From contig NC_042999.1 of the NCBI RefSeq assembly GCF_006345805.1, forward strand, positions 109,802,001 to 109,866,000: a DNA stretch of 64,000 bases. Direction: 5' to 3'. The position numbers were made by a program, and so were the translations under genes. This document shows, piece after piece, positions 26,542 through 38,440 of this stretch. Positions within the stretch are counted from its first letter, which is position 1; each line of letters begins with the position of its first letter. The notes below the pieces were generated by a model. The model did no database searches and was not told the origin of the DNA. It saw nothing but the letters and a program-made list of their open reading frames with translations. The stretch comes from Octopus sinensis. Lineage: Eukaryota.

Positions 26542-27029
26542 CAGGGGATGCCAAAGGGGATCTGTGGGACCTCCTAGGGGTCGGCGAGGAATTGCAGAGG
26601 CGTCAAATGGAGGCCAGTGTGCGAAAGACCAGTTCACCCAGATGAACTGCTTGAAATACTTAGTCAGTGCCATGCTCAACCCTCACATTGATATTGTCAA
26701 TTTCAATAAAAGATATTCCAGCAAATATGATACATTTTTCACATTTTCTAACCATGAAAACAATTTCATTAAAATTGAAAGTTTAATACTGTACACTCAT
26801 ACATATAGTTTTAAATGTAAAAAGTGTGTCATCTTCGAAAGAATTTCTTAATTTGTCATACATGTATATTTTAGCTAAAATTTTAATTGCCAGCATCAGT
26901 GCCCGGTACGCATTTAAGATATGGTATAATAGGGTAGGGTATTAAGATATTTTAAATGAGGAAGGTGGTCGGTGCAGAAGGAGAAGTGGCTAAAGGGGGT
27001 TGATGGTCAAAAAGGTTTGGTGACCCCTG
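26542..27029. mobile_element. hAT (Charlie/Buster-type) non-autonomous element
   Basis: TIRs CAGGGGATGCCAAA / TTTGGTGACCCCTG; perfect 8-bp TSD CTTTATAT at 26534-26541 and 27030-27037, with central TA. Confidence 0.9.
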
Positions 27030-27562
27030 CTTTATATGGAGTCACACCTGAGTATGAAGGTGTGTTGACAATCAGACTGGGCATAATGCAACAATAAACA
27101 TGGTGCCCTTTATGAAACATCTAAAAGTTTATTCCTGTTTAATCCTAACTTATTTCTTTTCAAATATTTGTTATGTTTTTATACTATAGTGTATGTGCTG
27201 GAAAATTGCTAAGTTCATACATATAAGAGGATGGTTTATTTTTCCAGATAAATTCTATATTGAAGAAATGGGAAAATAAGGTTCATGCCAGAGAAAATCT
27301 TTCAGTAATGCATAAGTTTTGTAACACAATAGATTGTTGTTTTCTTTTACTGGTTTCAGGCATTAAACTGTGGCCAAGAGTCACCACTTACACACTTTCT
27401 TTTATGAAATATATCGAAACTAGTACTTCTTAAAATCTGGTTTTAAGATCACAATTGTTGTAGTACTGAGGGAGAAGAGAAACGGATTTTACATATTTAG
27501 ACTGGTAGAAACACAAACATATATACTCAAGTGTGCTTCTATACACAAATACATACACATAT

Positions 27563-27595
<33 letters not shown>

Positions 27596-27689
27596 GTATA
27601 ATGTATATATACACACGCCTTTTATGTATTTGTATATTCACACACATATATGTGCATATACTATATATATATATTTATAATATCTATAT

Positions 27690-28075
27690 ATTGTTGCTGG
27701 TGTCACGTAACTGGTACCCAAGTCAGTGGCACGTAAAAAGCACCTTTTGAGCAATGGGCCTCATGCAGGCAAAGTGGCTGAGCTCCTTTCAAGTGTTGGA
27801 CGTCATGAAGGCAATGACCGAGACATTTAGCATTATGTTCGAGCTGCGCAAAATTCCAGTCATGGCACATACCGCTGTCACGCAAATGGCACCAGTGCTG
27901 GTGGCACGTTAAAGCAGCCATTACACTCTCAGAGTGGTTGGCGTTAGGAAGGGCATCCAGCTATAGAAACCATCCCAAATCAGACTGGAGTCTGGTGCAG
28001 CCTTCCAGCTTGCCCTGGTCAAACCGTCCAACCCATGCTAGCATGGACAATAGACGTTAAATGATGATGATGATA
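27690..28075 (+). mobile_element. RTE LINE 3' UTR ending in (GAT)n
   Basis: GGCACGTAAAAAGCACC repeats, GGAAGGGCATCCAGCT and GACGTTAAATGATGATGAT; related to the UTR adjoining the RTE ORF end at 53680-53970. Confidence 0.75.
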
Positions 28076-28529
28076 GATATATATATATGTGCATTAAAAT
28101 ATATATACTTATAATATATATATATATACTTATATAATCGCATATATACATATACATATACTTATATAATGGCATATATATGTGTACCATCATATATACA
28201 TATACATATATATATAATGTTTATTATGTAATATATACATATACACTATATATTATATGTATAATATACGCTCCATGCACACACGTACGCATGTGCCTGT
28301 GAAATATACACAGTGTACTTTACAAACATAATATAAGGCAGCAGGGAAGGCATTTGGGTATACAAAGACTATCATTACAAATTCTATCACAAACATGCAT
28401 ATATGATATATATTATCAGTTAGCTGACCAAATACGATATACATTATATATAAATATATATATGTATACATGAATGTGTGTGTGTGTATATATAAATATA
28501 TATATATATACACATACATATATATATAT

Positions 28530-28579
<50 letters not shown>

Positions 28580-28645
28580 ATATATATACATGTATATATA
28601 CATGTATATATATACATTATATATATACATGTATATATATACATG

Positions 28646-28684
<39 letters not shown>

Positions 28685-28926
28685 TATATATAAACATTGT
28701 ACATATATATATATATATACATTATATATAAACATTTATAGATGGATATATATATACATGGATATATATATATATACTTACATATATACACATATATACA
28801 TATACATATATGCTTACATACATACATATATATATAAATATATATCAATATACTTAATAGATACTAAATTTGAATATTGCATAAATATAATTACACACAC
28901 ACACACAAACATTCATATATAATGTA

Positions 28927-28961
<35 letters not shown>

Positions 28962-28999
28962 TATATATGCATACATATACACACATATATATACTTATA

Positions 29000-29045
<46 letters not shown>

Positions 29046-29390
29046 CACACACAAATATATATATATATATGCATATGTATACATGTATACGTATATATAT
29101 ATGTATATGTATACATGTATATATATGTATACATGTATATATATATTCATGTGTGTGCATATGTATATATATATATACATGTATGTATTCATGCATGTGT
29201 GTATATATATATATATACATGTTAATATCTTTATAATATACATTAAATACATATATGCATATTTATGTATATGTGTTATAAAATGTATGTCCATACACAT
29301 ACAAACATACATAGTTATATGCGCATGTATGTGTATGTGTTTGCTTGTGTTTATGTGTGTGCGTGTGTGTGTGTGCGTGAGTGTGTTGAT
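28076..29390. repeat. Large degenerate (TA)n/(CA)n/(TACA)n microsatellite field
   Basis: Seen directly; source of the many Y/I/H/T-rich spurious ORFs. Confidence 0.95.
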
Positions 29391-30015
29391 CCTTGTATAG
29401 TAAGCCTAGTATATGGAGCACTCCTTCTTACAACTGCATTATAGAGATGGATACACAGAAGGTTTGCAAGGAGGGTAACAATAATTATAATGTAGATGTT
29501 GCCCTTCCTTTCCAGGAACTGTAATTTACCTTACAAACCTGCAACAAATTTGTATATTCACATGTGTGTATACACACTTTTATACATCCATTTTCCTTCT
29601 CAATTTCCTTTATTAATTTATTTTTTTTTCTTTTGTTTATTCAAAGAGAATCTGAAATCCTTTTTGAGTGTACAGCCTTAAGCAGCAACATATTCTTGTC
29701 CAGATATGCTTAGGCCGATGAATGTATAAGAATATCTTCAGAATGGAATGTAAGTTCATTGCAATGCTATCCACCAGTTATTTCTGGTACTCAGTTCAGC
29801 TATGTGGACTGTAAGAATGTGAAATTGTGTGCCTTCTACAAGGTTACAGCCCGCTGCATATGTGGGACCTGAACTAACAACCTTGAAATTATGAGCCCAA
29901 TACCTTAGCACACACATTGCATTATATACATGTATGTGTGTGTGCGTGTAATTTAAAGTCATAATATATATTCTACATTGACATTATATGCAAAATGCAT
30001 TTTTAATGTGATAAG

Positions 30016-30096
<81 letters not shown>

Positions 30097-31996
30097 AAAT
30101 TTATACATATACACACAAATGACTCCTTATCTGGGAAGCAAATAATGGCTAGCGTCAGAAAGGGCTTCATTCTCTAAAAAAAAAAATGCCGCGAGTGACA
30201 TATTCGTCCAGCCCGTGTAAACATGGGAAAACGGACGTAAAGAGACCGAGTAATTGCATGGAATACACAACCACTTGCACACACACACACGTGTGTGGGT
30301 GTGTAATTATTGTAAAAGCGGTAGATACTTATTTGGAAAGTATAGATACGATAGTGGTGGTGGTGGTGGTGGGGCATTAGATATACATCGGACAAGGGAT
30401 TTGAAAAAAATGAAAATTCTATGAAAAACGCAAAAGAAAATTATTTAAAACTTCACTTGATTTTTTAAAGAAAAACAAAGCGAATATGGAAACAAAGAAA
30501 AGTATGATCTATAAAGGAATTTAGAAATAAAAAAATGCTTTTTTTTTTTTTTTGAAGAAAAATAAAATTTCATTTTTTAAAATAATGTAAGTTAAAATCG
30601 AGTCAACAAAAGCTTTAATGACGAAAGAATATTGAGACAAAGAAATGGTAGGAAAGAAACAGTCATTGTTCAGCTCCCTATCAATCCTTGATCAAGTCAT
30701 CGCAGCGATGCTTGCACCTTTTATAATGTTTTGATTTTTTGTTTTTCAGGAAATACATTTCGGACTACATTACGTATGTCCTTAAAAAAAAAAAAAAAAG
30801 GGCTTTTGGCGGTGCTTTAAAGGTAATTTGGTAGCATGCTGTTTTTAGCAGGTCTAATAACCATTTAGAGAGACTTCTTTGCTGAAAAGCCAAAATAATT
30901 TTTTGGCATAAAAATTCTTTAAATATTTTTTTTAAACAGAAAAGAAAAAAAACAAACAAAAACAAATGAGTATGAGTGTACGCGATTTATATGTGTGTAT
31001 GCTGTTGAGTGTGATTACGTATGTGCAGTTGATGTATAAGTGGAGATAGATTATGAACATGAATTGTGTGGATATGAACGATAAGATGTGAATAAATGGT
31101 AAATTAGTGTGGTGTCATTGACATGAATTTAAAATAGTTTACGTATACATATTTCTTAACGCATTATCAATAGTGTACAAGGGAAGAGGGGTAGGGGCAG
31201 TAAAACGATGCCGTGAGGGGTGGATATATACTAGTCTGGCTTTTTTTTTTCTTCCTTCTGCATTCATTCATTCATTCATATAACCGCTTCTGTTGTAACG
31301 AAAACACACAACAGTCATTACATAACGAAAACAAGGCTTCGGCGGAGAAGGTAAACAGTATTGTTTAGCCCCAGGTCAGCCCTAATCAAGCAAACCCATG
31401 ATGAAATGCCTTTCAACCATGGCTATCCCTTCTTTTTGTATATCAGAAATTACGTTATCCAGTGTGTCCTTTCTTTCTTTCTTTCTTTTCTTTTTTTTTT
31501 TTTTAGGGCGGTGGAGTTATGATTAGGCTGCGAATTGTAGCAAGTCGAGCGATCTCATAGAAAAAAGCTCTTTCGTTTGTAGATGGGATTAATCCTGAAG
31601 GAACGCACACACACATTCGTGCACGCACACACATACACAAACAAATCAATGAGCCACTACAGCGACGGATGGATCATCGGCATTCCTTAGTAACTTCCAC
31701 AGCTCGAATCATTTTCCAGTGGGCTGCTGAAGACCAGTTAGTTGGTGGTCAAGTTTGATAGGAGGGCGTTAACACAGTGGCGAAACTACAGCCATAATAA
31801 ACAGCAACAACAACAACAACAAACAAACACACGAAGCAGATTGATATCAGGAAGGAAGGATGGGCGAGTAGTAATGTAAGTGTGAAGAAAAACATTGGAA
31901 ACCTCGGCTACTTCAGCTTGGCCCAGCCCAGTCTGTCTCGGTGGGTGGGGGTGAGGTAGATGGGTGGAGAATGAGGATGAAAGAGATGGTACTTAC

Positions 31997-32036
31997 GGAG
32001 GATGCTGCCCACACTCCGCCTATAAACGGCAACCGA
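31997..32036 (-). CDS. Coding exon 3 (40 nt, phase 2 to 0), (S)RLPFIGGVWAASS; unidentified protein
   Basis: Acceptor TATGTCCTTTTTAG and donor TCC|GTAAGT; continues the frame of the upstream exons. Confidence 0.7.
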
Positions 32037-34696
32037 CTAAAAAGGACATATCAATAACCATATTACTGTTCATTACATTACTCAATGACGACCAAACTAG
32101 CCAAGAAGCCAACCAATCTTAACTCTCCCTCTCTTTTTATACAACCATACCTTTCGTGCGTTGTAATTCCTTTCGGCTTTCTTTCTTTCTTTCTCTTTTT
32201 TGTTGTTGTTTTTGTGTGTTTGTGTTTGTTCCTTTCTTTCTTTCGAAAATTGGATCCTTAATAGACACTATGAATATGACCCTTGAGAGTATTTAGAACG
32301 ACAGCCAGCTGCCGACCAAGCCAAACTGTGACAAGCACAAGTGTGCCAATGATTTGTATATGTATGTGTGTGTGTGTGTGTGTGTGTGTGAGTATCTCAG
32401 CACGAGTGTGCGCGGCCGTGCGTGCGTGCGCGCGCTTGTTTGTACGGAAGGATGGGTACATGTAACGCTTGTTAGAATCTCTCTCTCTCTCTCTCTCTTT
32501 CTCTCTTATAAGGTAAAAATGCGAGCAAAAATATTTCTCTATTACGACTTCAATCATCAGTAATTGCAAGCTTTACAAACGTCCCGTATTACAGAGCTCA
32601 TTTAATGAAGCTTGCGTACATGTCATCGTTGATGATAAAGATTATAATAATGAGGAAGAGGACTTTTTCCATTTGCGACACGGGCCCAAGACGTTGAGGG
32701 TGACACACAGATGCATTAAAAAAAAACCCAAAACCCAAGGAATTACATCAAGTAAAAAAAAAGAAGACAAAATCAACAAAAAACAACCGATGTCAATAAA
32801 ACATCAACAAAAAGGATTCTCAATAGTTTGGGAAAAAAAGCACACAAAAAAGAGTCTAGGATACTTCTAACACCCTAAAGAACCCTCTGCCACTATTGCC
32901 TTCTGTTTACAGTCGCATAATCAGAGTAGGCCCATTTTAATCCTGTCAATTTCACCGCTCTGGGCGGTGGTTATGATAAATTTTCGATGCTGCCAACCGT
33001 CCAAAGAAAAGAAAAAAGAAACCCAGGGAAATGCCAAAATGTATCATATTTTTTTGGCTTCATCGAACGTGTTTAAACAGTAAACAGAATGTAACCAAGC
33101 TTTTACAGTTACTACTGTTATTGTCGATACTTTCGTTAGAATTGTAGTAGTTGTTGCTTAGCCCCAAGACCAGCCATGGCTTTCTTGGCGTTTTGTACAT
33201 CTACAAATACATTGTACAGTGTGTTCCTTCGTTTCTTAGGACATTAGGGCGATTTAAAGGAATTTGGTCGTTATATTTAACGATTCGAGCTACCGCGTGG
33301 GCTCTTTAACCCTCTTATAGATCAACCTTGATCGAGCAGACCTGTGATCAAACGCCTTCTAGCTGTGACCATCCCGTCATTTTCCTAGACGGGGGTAACC
33401 CGGGACCACGTTATCCAACACGACAGGTCGTGATTTAAATAAGATTTAACTGCTATTTCCTGTAGGTATAAAGACTACACACAGGCTCCCGTGTTGGTTA
33501 GAAGAGATTCTTTCGCTATCAGCTGCTACGACCGATATATGGTCGCTGTCGCTTTAGTCGGGGTAGTGGTGGTTACTGAAGTGCTTAGGGACAAGGATTT
33601 TTAGACTGATTAAAAGATTCCACTAGCTGAACTAAATGTAATATTTTATATGTATATATATATATTTTTGGCTGTAATTTGCATAACCAAATAAAATCCT
33701 CTTGTCATTTTTGTTCATCGTTCTGATCACCGCGCTCAGAGGTTCCAAGCACATTTTCATGGCTGTTATTTTATTTTTTAAAAATCTTACAACTATATTA
33801 TCTGTTTAATTTCTACGGCAATAACTAATAACAAAAAAGGAGAGCAAAAAAATTGTCCAAAAGATCGAGTAGTCAGAGCATTCAACAGGGCAAAGATTTC
33901 TTTTGATGTCATTTAATAGTTAATAATGAGAGAGAGAGAGAGAGAGAGTGGGAGGAGGAAAAGTAATTTAAAATACATAATCTATATCTATATTATATAA
34001 TATATGAAATATATACATGTTCTTATATACATAGAGAGATATAAATAAAGAGATAAAGAGAGAGTGAGAGAGACATATCAACATAAAAAATACAAGTAAA
34101 ATAAAAGTAAAAATAGCAAGAATTCTTAAGAAGTAGCATCAATATAAACCTCACCCCCTGGGTGGGGGGTGAACGACTGTCTTAATTCGAGATGAATAAC
34201 TAATAAATAGTAAGTTTCCATTCAACAATCAGCTAGTAGCGGGAGTATAGGGTTTGAGAATGTTGAAAGAGTGGGAGTGAAAATGAGGATGAAAAAAAAA
34301 TATAAGAAAACGTGCAGGAGACGGAGAAAATAGATATTAAAACAGACAGTCACAAAAGAGAAGAGAGGCGAGGCAAACGTTCAGCTGGGTGGGGATGAGA
34401 GCTAGGTATGTGGTGTGGTTACTGGAGGGGTAAAGGTGGAAGGTGAGAGATATTAACCTACTAATAAACGGCAAGCCAGAGAGAGACTGACAGAATTTGT
34501 AGGGCAGAACAAACAGATGCCGTTGGCGCTGGAGTCGAGGAGTACTACTAAACAGGCTTTTGTTGCGCAATGCTATGGGAGTGAAGAAGGCGGAGGGGGG
34601 GAGAAAGGACAATATCCACATCCACGCTAATTTCCGATCTCATCAAGCTAAAATGTGTTATGTGTGTGTGTGTGAGTGTGTGTACACGTATACTCC

Positions 34697-34757
<61 letters not shown>

Positions 34758-35088
34758 TATTATATATGAATTGTCAATATTTCTTGCTGAGAGAAAATAT
34801 TGAGTAAAGAAATTAGTTTAATTCAAGATTTAAAAAGAAAAGTGGTTATAAACCGTCGGATACTGTGTGAGCGCGTGCGTATGTATGTACGTATGTATGT
34901 ATGTATGTATATATACACACACATATATATGTATGTGTGTGTGTGTATATGTAGAGCGTGTATTATTAGTGTAGTATGTTATGTAAACATGGGTATGTGT
35001 GTAAGTGTGTGTTGTGTATGTATGTATATATATACATACATATATATATATATATAATGAGTTAAGAAGAAGGAAAGAAAGAACTCAC

Positions 35089-35128
35089 CTGCACTGGAAT
35101 TCTGGTTCGACATCTCTGCATTGGTTGC
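35089..35128 (-). CDS. Coding exon 2 (40 nt, phase 1 to 2), (G)NQCRDVEPEFQC; unidentified protein
   Basis: Strong acceptor TTTTTTCTGTTTTCATTGCAG and donor CAG|GTGAGT. Confidence 0.72.
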
Positions 35129-35729
35129 CTGCAATGAAAACAGAAAAAATTATCCGGGCGAAAATGCATGTTCTGCAGTTAGCTGTCAAAGGAAGCAGAT
35201 CTGAATTAAGGCCATCTCTGGCGGAACAGCAAATGCCTGCTTTAGCACTTCTCTCATTGTCATCATACCTTTCTTTCTCTCTCTCTCTCTCTTTTTCTCT
35301 CCCCTACCATCTATCTATCTACCTTATCTATCTATCTTATCTATCTATCTGTCTGTCTATTTTTTTCTTTCTTTTCATTTCTACTCTCACTGCACTCTCT
35401 GTCAACTCGGTCACTACATCACCAACACACACCTACTCATACATCATCCATTCCATGTTTTTTTTTTTCACTCTTTACCTTCCCCATCGTAATATCTACA
35501 TCACCACCACCACCACCACCATCCGCTTTTTTTTTTTTGTCTTTCCGTCGTCCACTACTGCTCTTTCCCTTGTCGCTGACAGATTCTACTTTTTCTGTCC
35601 TTTCTCCCTCCCCTCCTTAACGCTTAGATCTCGCATCAACGTTTGCGTCTCTCTCTCTCTCTCTCTCCTGACATGCTTGTTCGCTCAAAAACACTTGACC
35701 TTCCTGAGTTTTGTTATAAATAAAAATAC

Positions 35730-35829
35730 CTGTATATCGTATTGGCCAGCTGGACGGAAGAGCTGTCAGGACCCCAGACAATAGCGAAGGCATGTCCGGC
35801 TGCTTTCTCATGTGGACAGTGTTGTACAT
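35730..35829 (-). CDS. Putative first coding exon MYNTVHMRKQPDMPSLLSGVLTALPSSWPIRYT (phase 1); unidentified protein
   Basis: ATG at 35829 (downstream in-frame ATGs could be the true start); donor CAG|GTATTT; splices in frame to exons 2 and 3, giving 60 aa with no stop. Confidence 0.6.
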
Positions 35830-35983
35830 AAGCTACAGAGGAAGTGTTGATAATGTTATTGCGTGTGTGACTATCTGAGTGCAATGAATGAACGAATACA
35901 TAAATGGTTAAATGAACGAAAGAAGCATGTGCTTTCTTTCTATACTGTCTCAGCCTTCGTTTTTGCATTGATACATCCTGTCC

Positions 35984-36052
<69 letters not shown>

Positions 36053-36699
36053 ATATATATATGTATGTATGTGCATATGCAGTTCCTCTTTGCCTTGATT
36101 TTTGCCTTGCACGGCACGCTATGTGCAGCAGCAGTTATGTAGCACCACTGCCAGACTATATGTTGTTGTTGTTGTTGTTGTTGCTGCTTCTGTTGGTGCT
36201 GTTTTTGCTGCTGCTGCTGCTGTTTTGTTTATTCTGCTGCTTCCAGGCGGCGTTGTCGGGCAAGTAGCTGCTGCACAACCAAAGTCTACACTAGAATTGC
36301 TTCCCTCTTTCCATGACGCCTATTCGACGTACACTTCTATACACAGGCATGCATTCATGCACATGGAGGTGTACACAGCAATATATATATATATATATAT
36401 ATATATACACGCATATATACACACAGTGTTAACATGTGCATCGTGTTGTTTTCTTGCATCCGTGGCAAAGAAGCACTACTTTTGTAACTACAACAAAGTT
36501 CATTTTTTTAAAAAAAATATATCCATTTGAAGATAGATCATGTGTGCATGTGTACACATGATTGTGTACACACGTGTATTCATATTTTAACTTACACATA
36601 TACGTGTACAACGTCTGTATTATGGGATATTAATCACTTCCTTTTTTTTATGTCTGTTTGCATGCATGTGTCCATACATGTGCATATGTGTACGTGTTT

Positions 36700-36700
36700 G

Positions 36701-36791
<91 letters not shown>

Positions 36792-36836
36792 GTCTATCTA
36801 TCTGTCTGTCTGTCTGCCTATCTGTCTGTCTGTCTA
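36700..36836. repeat. (TCTA)n/(TCTG)n tetranucleotide repeat
   Basis: Seen directly. Confidence 0.95.
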
Positions 36837-36837
36837 T

Positions 36838-37105
36838 TGCTGTTTCAGTCATTAGACTGCGGCCATACTGAGGCACCACCCTGAAGAATTTTAATCGGAC
36901 GAATCGACCCCGGTACTTATTTTTTGAGCTCGATACTTATTCTATCGGTCGGTCGTTTTTATCGAACCACTGAGTTACGGGGATGTAAATACAATACTGG
37001 TTGTTAAGTGGTTGTGGTGGTGGTGAACAAACGCAGACACACACACACACGACAGGCTTCTTTCAGTTTCCTTCCACCAAATTCACTAATAAGGCTTTGG
37101 TAGGC
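36838..37105 (-). mobile_element. SINE family B (CpG-retaining copy)
   Basis: Same family as 2420-2787 but with GAATCGACCCCGG and CTATCGGTC intact. Confidence 0.8.
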
Positions 37106-37133
37106 CATATAAAGCCATGCATTCATTTCCAAG

Positions 37134-37134
<1 letters not shown>

Positions 37135-37195
<61 letters not shown>

Positions 37196-37202
37196 CATAC
37201 AA

Positions 37203-37284
<82 letters not shown>

Positions 37285-38440
37285 GGAGATAGATAAATAG
37301 ATAGATATTTATCTTATGCATAGTGACATTTTCTTGACCTTTTATGATCACTATCAATTGGGGATCACCTATTTTAATATATCTCAGAGAAAGTATGGTA
37401 TTCTCGACACTTATATATCATACTGCAACAAAAAAAAAATATAATAATAAATTGTACTACCGACTACCCCTTCCGAAAATTAAAAACTAAAAACATACAA
37501 ACAAAGCAAAAGAATTCACAATCCTAAACCTAAAAAAATAAACTCAAAAAGTAGATAACTACAATTACCTATTGTAGTCATTGTAAAATTCAAATAAATT
37601 TGAGTGCGTGTCTATGTGTAAGTGTGTGTATATATATATATATATATATGCATATATATATACACACACATATTATGTGTATATATATATATATTTACCA
37701 CACACACACATATATATATATGTGTATAATATATATTATATATAATATCACACTATATATATGTATATACTACATATATATATATATATACACACATATA
37801 CATATAGTGTATAACATACATTATATATATATATTACACCATATACATATATGTGTATATACATACATATATATATGTATATACATACATATATATATAC
37901 ACACATATACATATATGTGTATATACATACATATTATATGTATATACATACATACATCATACACACATATACATATATGTGTATATACATACATATATAT
38001 ATGTATATACATACATACATATATACACACATATACATATTGTGTATATACATACATATATATATGTATATACATACATACATATATATATATATATATT
38101 ATATACATATCTATATATATATATATATATATTACATATATATATATGCATATATATATATATATATAATTTATATATATACATACTATATATATATATA
38201 TATGTATATACGTACATACATATATATACATATATATATAAAAATGTATATATCATCATCATCATCATCATATATGCATATATATACATATATACATACG
38301 TATATAAAAACATACATATATATGTATACATATATATATATATACATACATATATATGTATACATATATACATATACATACATATATACATATATACATA
38401 TACATGTATATACATATACATATATACATATACATAAGAG
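37135..38440. repeat. Degenerate (TA)n/(CATA)n microsatellite field
   Basis: Seen directly; short unique interruption at ~37310-37600. Confidence 0.93.

Noticed and set aside
28253-29400. Many long overlapping ORFs (also 37600-38519 and 45868-46578)
   Set aside because: Translations of (TA)n/(CA)n repeats, which lack stop codons; not genes.
35005-35784. 259-aa plus-strand ORF, the longest in the window
   Set aside because: Runs through CT/TCTA/CAC low-complexity tracts and lies antisense to well-formed minus-strand exons.
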